NCBI GenBank assembly: GCA_030583845.1
Contig: CP129478.1
Coordinates: 407,175 to 471,174, forward strand
DNA length: 64,000 nucleotides
DNA from: Candidatus Dojkabacteria bacterium
GTDB lineage: Bacteria > Patescibacteriota > Dojkabacteria > SC72 > JAHDCA01
Reading direction: 5' to 3'
Of the stretch, positions 41,065 to 50,718 are shown piece by piece. Made by a program: the position numbers and the translations under genes. Position 1 is the first letter of the stretch. Every line of letters starts with the position of its first letter. Under the pieces are notes generated by a model. It was not told the DNA's origin and did not search any database. It saw nothing but the letters and a program-made list of their open reading frames with translations.

Positions 41065-43395
41065 CTACTCCCCTATCTGCTCAACCGTCAACCAACCATC
41101 CGCCAGCTCCAGTTTCTTCAGCTCCTGCCAGACAGCCTCTGTGACATACGGCATGAACGGATGCATAATTTTCATGCTCTCTTTCATTAAATGGATCATC
41201 TCTGCGAGGGCTGCAATTCGTTTATTCGACCCTATCTCTTCGTCAGCGATCTCGGTTTTGACAGCCTCGATATGCTTGTCACAATACTCACCCCAGAAAT
41301 ACTCGCGGATTGCCTCTGCACCGAGGTGGAATTTCATATCATCCATATATTTAATGATGCGTGTCTTATAATCCGCAAACTGCCTAAGCCGTTCGCTATC
41401 ATTTTCATGGATTTCATTAATTTTTAATGAAATGGCCTCTATCTCTGAGTCATCAAGATTCATTAAAACAAACCGACTTGCATTCCAGATCTTATTAACA
41501 AAGAATCGATGCCCTTTAATCTTCTCCTCCTGAAGTGGAGTATTTGAGCCTGGCAATGCATCGCTGTAATACCACATTCTCAATGCATCAGCACCATATT
41601 TCTCGAATATCTCACCCGGCTCAACACCATTACCCTTTGATTTCGACATCTTAGTTCCATCAGGAGCCAAGATCATCCCGTGCAGAAATACCCTCGAAAA
41701 AGGCGTCTTACCTGTGCGATATATCCCGAGCATCATCATACGTGCAACCCACCAGAACAGTATGTCGTGCATAGTCTCCATAGCCTGGGTCGGATAGTAC
41801 TTCTCAAAGTCATCTGCTCCTGGACCACCCAAAGTCGAGTATGGCCACTGCCCCGAGCTAAACCATGTGTCAAAGATATCTTCTTCCTGCTCCAGCAAGA
41901 GATCGTCTGCACTACCCGTCCAATCTGGATCGCCATCAGGCTTTTCTAGCCCCTTGATCAATTTCCCGCTTCCTCGAGCTTTCTCTCCAGTCTCAGCCTC
42001 ATAAGCGGTCAAGCTCCTTCCTGGATTCTCCTGCATCCAGTCGTACAAAGCCTTTCCACCGCTATACCAGACAGGGATTCTTTGCCCCCACCAAAGCTGG
42101 CGCGAGATGCACCACGGCTTGATATTTTCAAAGAAATGAATCAGCGCACGCTGCTTTCCAGCCGGCATTATCGTAGTCTCACCATTGTTGATTGCTTCAA
42201 TGCCCTTCTCGGCTAGCGGCTTTACATTTAGAAACCACTGGTGCGAGATAATTGGCTGAATTGTTGTACCGCATCGCTCGCAGACAGAGACCTCATGCTT
42301 AATTTTCTCCATTTTATGAAGCAACCCAAGCTCCTCAAGCTCTTTGACCAGGGCTTTTGAGCACTCAATCGTATCCATACCCTTAAATCGCTCAGGGATC
42401 GGGCCGTCCATCTTCCCTTCTTCATTTATTACATTGATAATCTCGAGCCCATGCCTCTCCCCCATCTCGAAGTCTACAGCCGCATGAGCAGGAGTCGCCT
42501 TCAACGCACCGGTACCAAATTCAGGATCGATCTCCTCATCGGCAATCAGTGGAATCTCCCGATCGGCGATCGGCAATCTAAGCATCTTTCCAACAAATTC
42601 TTTGTATCGCTCATCATCCGGATGGACAGCAACAGCCGTATCACCCAGCATCGTCTCAGGTCGCGTCGTTGCGACCATAATTCCGCGATATCCCAGCTTC
42701 TTATCGGCGGCATCATTATCAGCCTCATCGGCAAACGGATATATAATGTATGCGAAAATTCCACGCTGCTCTTCTTTGATTGTGTCTATATCGGCGAGCG
42801 CAGTTCGGTCGTACGAGCACCAGTTGATGATATATTTGCCTCGATAGATCAGCCCCTCGTCGAGCAATTTATAAAACGTATCGTAAATTATCTCAGTCAG
42901 CCTCGGGTCGAGGGTAAAGAAATCTCTGCTCCAATCGGCTGAAAGTCCTATGCGCTTCTCCTGCTCCTGAGCATTTTTCGCCGCCTCCATACAGAATTCA
43001 TAGCATCGCTTATAAAACTCCTCGCGACCCAGCTCCCATTTGCTCTCGCCCTGCTTCTCAAGTATTCGCGCAAAGACAGACTCGGTCTGGATGCTGGCGT
43101 GATCTTTGCCCGGTAGCAGAAGGGTTGGATGTCCGCGCATTCGGTTAAATCGCCCCATCGCGTCCTGGAAAGAGTAACCACATGTATGGCCTAGGTGAAG
43201 ATTGCCGTTGGCGTTTGGAGGTGGAAGCGGGATCGTGAAAGGCGTTTTCGGCTCCATGCCTTGCTCTTTTAATTTTTTCTCTAGCGTCTCTGGGCGGAAT
43301 AGGTCGTTCTCCTCCCACATTTTATAGATTTCTGGCTCCATCGTGTTGGAGTCGAATGCTTTTGGGATCTGTTCCGCTTTATTCTGTTTTTCCAC
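41065..43395 (-). CDS. valS: valyl-tRNA synthetase (short form lacking a C-terminal coiled coil)
   Basis: 776 aa. PPPNANGNLHLGH (HIGH region, ValRS-type PPPN), TKMSKSKGN (KMSKS), editing-domain-sized insertion. Confidence 0.8.
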   Translation of the reverse strand: MEKQNKAEQIPKAFDSNTMEPEIYKMWEENDLFRPETLEKKLKEQGMEPKTPFTIPLPPPNANGNLHLGHTCGYSFQDAMGRFNRMRGHPTLLLPGKDHASIQTESVFARILEKQGESKWELGREEFYKRCYEFCMEAAKNAQEQEKRIGLSADWSRDFFTLDPRLTEIIYDTFYKLLDEGLIYRGKYIINWCSYDRTALADIDTIKEEQRGIFAYIIYPFADEADNDAADKKLGYRGIMVATTRPETMLGDTAVAVHPDDERYKEFVGKMLRLPIADREIPLIADEEIDPEFGTGALKATPAHAAVDFEMGERHGLEIINVINEEGKMDGPIPERFKGMDTIECSKALVKELEELGLLHKMEKIKHEVSVCERCGTTIQPIISHQWFLNVKPLAEKGIEAINNGETTIMPAGKQRALIHFFENIKPWCISRQLWWGQRIPVWYSGGKALYDWMQENPGRSLTAYEAETGEKARGSGKLIKGLEKPDGDPDWTGSADDLLLEQEEDIFDTWFSSGQWPYSTLGGPGADDFEKYYPTQAMETMHDILFWWVARMMMLGIYRTGKTPFSRVFLHGMILAPDGTKMSKSKGNGVEPGEIFEKYGADALRMWYYSDALPGSNTPLQEEKIKGHRFFVNKIWNASRFVLMNLDDSEIEAISLKINEIHENDSERLRQFADYKTRIIKYMDDMKFHLGAEAIREYFWGEYCDKHIEAVKTEIADEEIGSNKRIAALAEMIHLMKESMKIMHPFMPYVTEAVWQELKKLELADGWLTVEQIGE

Positions 43396-43430
43396 TGTTC
43401 AGTCTGTTTAATTTAATCTCTTGCAAACGG

Positions 43431-43492
43431 TCAAATAAAAACCGTCCTCGAAAAATAAAAAAGCATAACTCTTTTATTCTCTAAGGACGGTC
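43431..43492 (-). terminator. rho-independent terminator on the minus strand (GACCGUCCU...AGGACGGU stem followed by UUUUUAUUU) immediately upstream of valS
   Basis: The plus strand shows ACCGTCCT...AGGACGGT with a preceding A-run TCAAATAAAA (43431-43440). Confidence 0.7.
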
Positions 43493-43690
43493 TTCACCGT
43501 GGTACCACCTTATTTCCCTGCACGGTTGCCCACACAGGCTTAATGTGTACTTTGAATTCAACATACACCCTCTATTTACGGTTGAGTTTCCGCCGGACTC
43601 TACTCTCTTCTGAAGCTACAGTGTGCCTATCAGATTTCCTTCCGGACCTCGAGGGTGACAAGCCCTCTCAAGCGGTTCTCTATTTAAATT
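43432..43690 (-). ncRNA. candidate structured ncRNA (about 260 nt) with SRP-RNA helix-8-like motif AGGUCCGGAAGGAA; possibly a divergent or large-type SRP RNA
   Basis: Bounded by an extended -10 promoter (TGGTATAAT, minus strand, 43705..43697) and the terminator at 43431-43492. Contains GAGGUCCGGAAGGAAAUC (a 14-nt identity to E. coli 4.5S RNA domain IV around the GGAA tetraloop) and UGUAGCU. No ORF. Confidence 0.4.
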
Positions 43691-43696
43691 TCATGA

Positions 43697-43735
43697 ATTA
43701 TACCATATATTAGCGCAGGGATCGATCTATTAGCG
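43697..43735 (-). promoter_or_regulatory. extended -10 promoter TGGTATAAT (minus strand) for the candidate ncRNA
   Basis: Reverse complement of 43697-43705 is TGGTATAAT. Weak -35. Confidence 0.4.
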
Positions 43736-43961
43736 GCCTCAAGTGTGCGGCGGCGTGGCGTGTTGCCATTTATATAACCCTATAGTATAATCTCGCTCAA
43801 TTGATTGTAGATGTGACGAAAGTTCATCGAAAATCTGCTCTTTAATATGAGGGATCATTTTCACCTCCATCAGGCTTTATGCCTGCATAAGAAGATTTAG
43901 CGGGAATAGATAACCGTGGTTGTCTGTTTTGCTAAATCTTTTAACAACAAGGAGGTTAAAC

Positions 43962-44117
43962 ATGCAAGGATTATTCATCGCCGGCGCGGCAGCGGCCCTT
44001 TCGGGGGTTATAGTCGTCGCTGTCGGCATAATGGGTAAGTCCCGCCCATCAATATACGCGGGACTTACTCTTACAGCCCTAGGGCTTGCGGTGGCGATAG
44101 CGCTAACGCCTGCCTAG
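43962..44117 (+). CDS. small hydrophobic membrane protein (51 aa) with strong SD
   Basis: AAGGAGGT is 7 nt upstream of the ATG at 43962. MQGLFIAGAAAALSGVIVVAVGIMGKSRPSIYAGLTLTALGLAVAIALTPA has two predicted TM helices. The track ORF begins at 43920. Confidence 0.5.
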   Translation: MQGLFIAGAAAALSGVIVVAVGIMGKSRPSIYAGLTLTALGLAVAIALTPA

Positions 44118-44274
44118 GGCTGGGGCACTCGGTTTGGGAAAATATTTTATAAAATTTCTCTTGCAAAAGAGTCTTCTTATCAAAATACAATTTCCATTCC
44201 GGGTGCCTAAACAATTTCACAAGACGAGAAACCACTTATAAACATTACCCCGTCAATAACGATATACTAAATAA

Positions 44275-45237
44275 ATGACTACCAACAAAGTACAAAGCAT
44301 AACCGACGAACAAATTTCGCCTGAAAACGACCCTTGCAATACAACAGCACAGCCTGAGGTCGATCCCATCGACTCACTAATATACAGACTTATCGACGAG
44401 GCACCGCATTATCATGGATTAGACCCTTTTACAGAGAATTACCAATACGGTTCTGATAATCCGTTTACACGATCCGAGCGGGCAAAAGCAATTCACTACA
44501 GGGTAAAAGAATGGCTGGACTATCTAGAGGAGGAGAAATTATACATTACATCAGAGGATCAGTCCTCTGCAGGCTCTTTCACATTAGTGTCGAAGCTTAA
44601 GGAGTTTGAAGGTGATAAAGAATTCGAGGCTATCCTTCTCAATACATTGGTTCGGCTTTCAGCTCAGGAAATTGACACTCTCAGCTGTGCAGATATATGG
44701 AGAAGCGATCTTTCAGCAGTGCATGAAGCAATCAAGAGATCAAGAATACTCTTCGATCAGAGAAAGGGTAATAGAACTCTCACAAAGCATGCGCTAAGAG
44801 TGGGTACAGCTATCTGCCTTGCGCTAATTCTTGCTTCATGCGCGAGTGGCGACTCACAACCAGAGTTTGACCATATAGTTTGTAGAGTTGGCGACTCCTT
44901 GGAAGATTTCTATCCAGTGCAAGGATCGGACGGGACAGTGAGTTACACATCAAGTGGGATTGAAGACCCATGGATAACATTAAGCTTTGGATCAGGCACA
45001 ACTCATCCTCTTTACTTAACACCCGCTGGCAATGGCACACCACCTCTACCTCAAGGTACTAATATCGAAGGAGTGGTCGCACACAGAGGATCCACAAGTA
45101 CAGACCCATTAGGAAGAATTCTTGGCTATTTGGAGTATCTATTCGATCCAAAAAAGGTCGTATTTGAGGCGACTGTTAGCCCTGATGATCCAAGCAAAAA
45201 ATGTGTAGGTGTGATGATTCCACCAACTCTACCTTAA
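44275..45237 (+). CDS. hypothetical single-pass membrane protein, paralog A (conserved N-terminal soluble domain, mid-protein TM with Cys, divergent C-terminal domain)
   Basis: 320 aa. The N-domain shares ...RAKAIHYRVKEWLDYLEEE... and ...LSAQEIDTLSCADIWRSDL... with the downstream paralog. TM LRVGTAICLALILASCASG. Confidence 0.55.
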   Translation: MTTNKVQSITDEQISPENDPCNTTAQPEVDPIDSLIYRLIDEAPHYHGLDPFTENYQYGSDNPFTRSERAKAIHYRVKEWLDYLEEEKLYITSEDQSSAGSFTLVSKLKEFEGDKEFEAILLNTLVRLSAQEIDTLSCADIWRSDLSAVHEAIKRSRILFDQRKGNRTLTKHALRVGTAICLALILASCASGDSQPEFDHIVCRVGDSLEDFYPVQGSDGTVSYTSSGIEDPWITLSFGSGTTHPLYLTPAGNGTPPLPQGTNIEGVVAHRGSTSTDPLGRILGYLEYLFDPKKVVFEATVSPDDPSKKCVGVMIPPTLP

Positions 45238-45257
45238 CAGTACACAATCTATCAGTA

Positions 45258-46181
45258 ATGACCACCGAAACAATTAGAGAAGAGATTAATAATAACGACT
45301 GTAACCAACTCCCCGAGAATTTGCTTATGCTTATTCAAAAATACCCACACCTCGAACAGCAGGCGATTTTAGCATCGAACAATATCCAACATTTTAGATC
45401 AGACGACCTCGGCACGGTGCACCAAGAATTCAATGACCATGCAGAGAGACACAAAGCTATAGCCTACAGGACACTCGAATGGCTGGAGTACCTAGATTCA
45501 ATACACGAGGGAGAGGTATTCCAAGAGCTATTTGGATTTGAAGCGGCAGAGCAATTTAGAAGTGCTTTGAGCGACCCAGATGAATCAAATATGATTGCCC
45601 TATCATTAGCAGTTATCTCCGCTATAGAGATCAATACGCTCTCGGTCTCCAATATCTGGCCGATGGATAAAAAGAAGCTTATGAGATCAGTAAGTCAATC
45701 TCGTGAAATCTACCCTCATATCGCTAAAAGTCTTGGCACATTGACAATGGTGCTATTGATAGCAGTTGCCTGTGCAACTCCATCTACACCTCCATACAAT
45801 TATGTTGTTTGTAGTAACGGTTATGAGCTCACCCTTTATACACAGGGTACAGGCACGGGAACTATTGGGGGGTTTAGGCGCGAACTGACTGCACCACCAG
45901 GTACAAACCTAACATTGGGATTACCAGGTAACTCTGGATGGGTAATCGATATCTCGCCACGTGCTCCGAGTCGAGGGATAGGGCAACATTCATCCGGATT
46001 TCTCGATCTAGAAGTTAATCCAACCATTCCTAATCCCCCTAATCCCCCTAATCAGATACCCGATCTTGATGAACTTGCCGACTCTTACCTTCAACCTCCA
46101 CTTATAACTTATACATCAGTTGATCCTCTAGCGATAGGAGACAGCCCTTCTAGCACATGTACTGGAATAAATGTTAGATAG
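45258..46181 (+). CDS. hypothetical single-pass membrane protein, paralog B (track ORF from 45201; start likely MTTETIRE at 45258)
   Basis: Shares N-domain motifs with paralog A (HKAIAYRTLEWLEYLD; ISAIEINTLSVSNIWPMD). TM LGTLTMVLLIAVACATP. The C-terminus is Pro/Gly-rich with PNPPNPPNQ and unrelated to A. Confidence 0.55.
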   Translation: MTTETIREEINNNDCNQLPENLLMLIQKYPHLEQQAILASNNIQHFRSDDLGTVHQEFNDHAERHKAIAYRTLEWLEYLDSIHEGEVFQELFGFEAAEQFRSALSDPDESNMIALSLAVISAIEINTLSVSNIWPMDKKKLMRSVSQSREIYPHIAKSLGTLTMVLLIAVACATPSTPPYNYVVCSNGYELTLYTQGTGTGTIGGFRRELTAPPGTNLTLGLPGNSGWVIDISPRAPSRGIGQHSSGFLDLEVNPTIPNPPNPPNQIPDLDELADSYLQPPLITYTSVDPLAIGDSPSSTCTGINVR

Positions 46182-46497
46182 TATACGACCGTAGATCACT
46201 GGTTATAACTTTCCTCGACAATGACTCAAGAGCAAAGTATAATCATCTAAGATCATTATGGAGTATCGAATAGACTTCAAGCTTATTGAGTCCACCGATT
46301 GCAACTTTAAAGTGAAGTTGCTTTGAAAGCTCATGCAAAAGCATGAATTTCCCAGACATCAATGTGAGTTACGCACAAATTCACTTCACGTGTCAGAAAC
46401 TTACCACTTCTTGTAAGTGGTTATAAATTAAGGCTTGGCGAAATTGTCGCATAAGCCTACAATAAATTAATTTAGTAATTAAGAAAGAATTTTAAAT

Positions 46498-48672
46498 ATG
46501 GAAAATAGAAATAGAAGACCAGGGCAAAATGCTCCTGGCAATAGTTCCGGATATCGATCCGGAGGAAGCTCTGGGCGTAGACCCAGAAATAACTCTGGAC
46601 ATAGGTCCGGAGGCTCTGGCCGCAATAGGCGCCCAGACAACAACAGTAGCCGGCCAAGGCACAGCTCCTACACGAGCCGTCCCACGGAAGGCAGACCAAC
46701 TGAGAATCGGTATTCAGACGATCGTCCGCGTACCTATTCCCCTAATCGAGGGAGTAATCCTCGCGGTCGTTCTAGCCGTCCACAAGGTGGCAGCGATCGA
46801 AGAGGTAGTAATCGAGGTCACTCTGGTGATAGAAACAGATCGCGTAGTTCAAACCGATCTACATCAGGCTATTCAGGCTCGCGCAACTTCCAGACCCCAC
46901 GACCGGCTCACCGCCGAAACAACCCACGGGTATATGGCGAACGTAAATTCATAACTCCAAAGGTATTTATCGAGCATGAGCCAATTGCCCCTGACGATAT
47001 AGAGAGCAAGCGACACCTCAAAGTGTGCACCCTCTCAGGTACAGGCGAAGTAGGTCGTAACTGTAATTTCGTAGAGTTTGGCGACGACATCATTATGATC
47101 GATGCTGGATTCTCATTCCCTGGACAAGAATTGTACGGAATCGATTACCTTATCCCAAATATCAGCTACCTACGCAAGCATAGGGATAAGATACGTGGAA
47201 TTTTGATCACACACGGCCACCTAGATCACACTGGGTCACTCCCCTACATCTTGCCTGAGCTCGATTTCCCAACTATATATGGTGGGAAATTTGCAAACGC
47301 CCTGATCAAGGCTAGGTTAAAAGAATTTAATCTGGATCAGAAAGTGAAGTTTGTCGACATTGGCAGGAATACCGAGATCGAGCTTGGCAGCTTAAAGGCC
47401 AAATTCATCGGTGTGACCCACAGCATCCCAAATGCATTCTCAATCTTCGTATCCTCATCTGACGGAAATGTATTTTTCTCAGGAGACTATAAGATTGACG
47501 AGGCACCAGCCAACGAGCCGGAGACCGACTACACTGCATTGAAAGAGCTGCAAGGAAAAGTAGACCTAGCGTTGATGGAAAGCACAAATGCCGATTCAAC
47601 TGGCAAGTCAAAATCTGAGCAGGAGATCGCAGGAAATCTCGAGAGAGTGATCACCGGCCACGACGGTAGAATTGTACTGGCAGCATTCTCCTCACTGGTG
47701 TCACGACTCTATTCTGTGATTAAAATCGCAGAAAAGACTGGTCGCAAAGTATTTATCTCGGGTAGAAGTATAAATCTATCTATCCAGATCGCTCGTGAGC
47801 AGGGATATATAAATGTACCCGATGGGCTGATCTTAGACGAGCGCAGGCTTTCCGAATTCCCTGATAACAAGGTGCTATTCCTTTGTACCGGCAGTCAAGG
47901 CGAAAGATATGCCGCACTAAACAGGATTTCACTTGGTGAGCATAAGTACTTCAAAGCGAAAGAGGGCGATATGGTCGTGCTTTCAGCATCGGAGATCCCA
48001 TCAAATGTGGTTCAGATTGAGAAGATGACCGACCGCCTGATCAGCATGGGGGTCGTATTGATCCAGAAAGATTACGAGCAGATCCATGAGAGCGGTCACG
48101 CGCTTCAGATGGATATGCAGATGATGTACGACATGGTAAAGCCACGTGAGATCATCCCGATCCACGGCAGCCTCACCATGCGCTACAAGAATAAGCGCAA
48201 CTATGTGAATTGGGGAATGCGCGACGACCAGGTGCACCTCACCAAAGATGGCCAGGTATGGATCCACACTGGAAATGGCGAAAACGGTAGCTGGAGGCGT
48301 GGCAAGCAGATCCCTTCCAAGCCGATATTGATCGACGGACTCGGTGTTGGTGATATTGGTGACGCAGTTATCAAAGATCGCCAGCAGTTAGCAGAGTACG
48401 GCATGCTCACAGTGATTATGAACCTAAGCTCGAAGAATAAGCAGCTGATTGGAAATCCCCGCTTCGTATCGAGGGGCTTCGTATATGTGAAGACATCGGG
48501 CGAGCTATTCGCCGAGGTCGAACAGATGGTTCGCGATATTCACCGCGACTGGATCGGACGGGCTGGTTCGAAAGACACTCGTGAATTGACCCGTGAAGTT
48601 GAAGATGCGATTGGGAAGCTGCTCTATAAGCGCACTGAGCGCGAGCCGATCGTGATGGCCGTAGCATTGTAA
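46498..48672 (+). CDS. rnj: ribonuclease J (beta-CASP metallo-beta-lactamase RNase) with a 150-aa Arg/Ser/Gly-rich N-terminal low-complexity extension
   Basis: Core: LSGTGEVGRNCNFVEFGDDIIMIDAGFSFP...ILITHGHLDHTGSLPY (HxHxDH), then beta-CASP and a C-terminal domain. The N-terminus NRNRRPGQNAPGNSSGYRSGGSSGRRPRNNSGHRSGG... is disordered and RS/RG-rich. Confidence 0.9.
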   Translation: MENRNRRPGQNAPGNSSGYRSGGSSGRRPRNNSGHRSGGSGRNRRPDNNSSRPRHSSYTSRPTEGRPTENRYSDDRPRTYSPNRGSNPRGRSSRPQGGSDRRGSNRGHSGDRNRSRSSNRSTSGYSGSRNFQTPRPAHRRNNPRVYGERKFITPKVFIEHEPIAPDDIESKRHLKVCTLSGTGEVGRNCNFVEFGDDIIMIDAGFSFPGQELYGIDYLIPNISYLRKHRDKIRGILITHGHLDHTGSLPYILPELDFPTIYGGKFANALIKARLKEFNLDQKVKFVDIGRNTEIELGSLKAKFIGVTHSIPNAFSIFVSSSDGNVFFSGDYKIDEAPANEPETDYTALKELQGKVDLALMESTNADSTGKSKSEQEIAGNLERVITGHDGRIVLAAFSSLVSRLYSVIKIAEKTGRKVFISGRSINLSIQIAREQGYINVPDGLILDERRLSEFPDNKVLFLCTGSQGERYAALNRISLGEHKYFKAKEGDMVVLSASEIPSNVVQIEKMTDRLISMGVVLIQKDYEQIHESGHALQMDMQMMYDMVKPREIIPIHGSLTMRYKNKRNYVNWGMRDDQVHLTKDGQVWIHTGNGENGSWRRGKQIPSKPILIDGLGVGDIGDAVIKDRQQLAEYGMLTVIMNLSSKNKQLIGNPRFVSRGFVYVKTSGELFAEVEQMVRDIHRDWIGRAGSKDTRELTREVEDAIGKLLYKRTEREPIVMAVAL

Positions 48673-48972
48673 ATGATTACAGGAGATGGGCTTAACGATA
48701 CCAATTAAGGGTTGTTTAACCCAGCTGTGACAGTTCTGTTACATTAGATTGTGACGGGCGTAGTCTGTGGTGCTGCGCCCGAATGTACCCCACGTAGCAG
48801 TCACCTCTACCCCAGGTGGCTGATCAGTTCGGGTGCGGCACCCCCACGAATTTTCATACGCACTTAAGTCGTGAATGCCACACACATCCTTGTTAAATTT
48901 CATTAAATTAGTGATAATCATTAAACTTTCGCATTTAAATAAGGGTAAACCGCTTTAAAACAGAGCAATTCA

Positions 48973-50619
48973 ATGAGGAGCGCTGACTTCGACAAACCAA
49001 TAGACGAGGCTATCGACAAGACCAAGCAGGAGCTGGATGAGCTAGCTCTACTTGAAAAAGGTAAGGCTACAATTGAAGACACCAAACCAAAGGACAGGAA
49101 CAGCGGCTATCCTACACATGTGCCACGCTGGTTTACTAGGACAGTTGAAATTGTGCCCGGAATATTCACATGGCTTATGATCCTACTGCCGTTTATAACG
49201 GCACTAATGGGTTACCCGCAGGTCATTATTATATATGTATCGTTTTTAACGATTTACTGGTCATATCGAGGTGTGAAATTTCTGGTCAGTCTTTTTATGG
49301 GATATAGCAGGTATAAGCACGATATGGCGTTTGATTTTGCTGGAGAGATGGTGAAGGTGGCTAAAGAGTCGGGTCAAGAACTACCCTACTATGTCTATAT
49401 CTGCCCAGTTGTAAATGAAGGAATGGACGTCCTCGAACCCACGTTTGAGGCATTTGCCAAACAGGATATAGATCCCAAAAGAATCTCAGTTGTATTTGCT
49501 CTTGAGGAAAGATTCGAAGCTGTAAGTAAACCGAATGCGGAGAAAATTATCGAGAAGTTTGGAAGCAATTTTAGGGAATCAATGATTTCGGTACATCCAA
49601 ATGATATCGAGGGCGAAGTGCTGGGAGTTAAAGGTGCAAATATTAACTGGGCGACAAGGAATTTCGTCAAAATCGTGAAAGCTCGAGGAGAGGATATTGC
49701 AGATTACCTTTTGATCACAGCTGATAGCGACATGAGACCACATCCAAAATATCTCTCAGCAATCACCTGGAAATACCTAACAGACGACAAACCGCTCCGA
49801 CGCTTCTACTCTACCGCGATTCACACATTCAATAATAATGTATGGCGAGTTCCGCCAATCAATCGTGTATTCTCAATTTCATTAACCATGGCCCTATTCC
49901 ATGACTGGGTTGTCCGCGGAAAGAAGCGTGAGACCTTCTCATCATATGTTGTGAACCTGCAAACAGTGCACGACGTCGGCTATTGGGATCCGCAGATCGG
50001 AATCGACGACACTACATTCTACTGGAATGCCTTGATACGCTTCGCTGGTGACTTCAGCGGAAAAGAGGTCTACATCCCTACATATAATGATGCTGTCGAG
50101 AACCAGACCTTCTGGAAAAGCCACAAATCTCTGTATAAACAGCAGCACCGTTGGGGCTGGGGAATTATCGTCTTCCCAATGACTTTTGCGGGGCTTTACA
50201 AGAATAAGGATGTGCCATTTATGACAAAGATGCGGATGATCTTCCGAGTAACTGAGAATCAGCTACTCTTTCTAACCGTTGTATATACCATCACCCTCTC
50301 ATTACCTATTTTGCAGATCTTCAGTATTGAGTATCAGTACAGCGCCGCCTCATACAATCTCGCACGAATGATGCGCTACATTCTTACTGTTTTGATGTTC
50401 TTCAATATCCCTATCTTCATGATTAGGCAGAAAATCACCCCTTCCCCTTCTAATTGGCCGCTGTGGAGGAAAATCTTGGATTTCTTTGAGGTTGTATTGG
50501 TAAGTATCAACATGCTTACAATCGGCTTTATCCCGAAAATTCATGCTCAAACTGAGATGTTGCTCAACAGGTTCAATAAGAAGTATTACGCGACAGAGAA
50601 AGTTGCAATCAAAAAGTAG
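48973..50619 (+). CDS. membrane-bound family 2 glycosyltransferase (processive, cellulose-synthase-like; QxxRW motif)
   Basis: 548 aa. TM helices flanking a cytoplasmic GT-A domain (LITADSDMRPHP...; QQHRWGWG is the QxxRW motif). Several C-terminal TM helices. Confidence 0.65.
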   Translation: MRSADFDKPIDEAIDKTKQELDELALLEKGKATIEDTKPKDRNSGYPTHVPRWFTRTVEIVPGIFTWLMILLPFITALMGYPQVIIIYVSFLTIYWSYRGVKFLVSLFMGYSRYKHDMAFDFAGEMVKVAKESGQELPYYVYICPVVNEGMDVLEPTFEAFAKQDIDPKRISVVFALEERFEAVSKPNAEKIIEKFGSNFRESMISVHPNDIEGEVLGVKGANINWATRNFVKIVKARGEDIADYLLITADSDMRPHPKYLSAITWKYLTDDKPLRRFYSTAIHTFNNNVWRVPPINRVFSISLTMALFHDWVVRGKKRETFSSYVVNLQTVHDVGYWDPQIGIDDTTFYWNALIRFAGDFSGKEVYIPTYNDAVENQTFWKSHKSLYKQQHRWGWGIIVFPMTFAGLYKNKDVPFMTKMRMIFRVTENQLLFLTVVYTITLSLPILQIFSIEYQYSAASYNLARMMRYILTVLMFFNIPIFMIRQKITPSPSNWPLWRKILDFFEVVLVSINMLTIGFIPKIHAQTEMLLNRFNKKYYATEKVAIKK

Positions 50620-50718
50620 GCCGCTAGCCTATAATGCGTAGCATTTCACGGCTCATTTGGCATAATTAATAGGCAAGTATAACCCGTGTGAGTATTAAAT
50701 GTGGGAAATCGGTAGGCT

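Noticed and set aside
46529-46954. 141-aa alternative-frame ORF inside the RNase J N-terminal low-complexity region
   Set aside because: Open only because the RS-rich coding region is repetitive. The rnj frame continues into a conserved catalytic domain.
48721-48860. Tried to fold the GC-rich stretch after rnj as a tRNA on either strand
   Set aside because: No T-loop (GTTCRANYC) or consistent acceptor/anticodon stems could be built.
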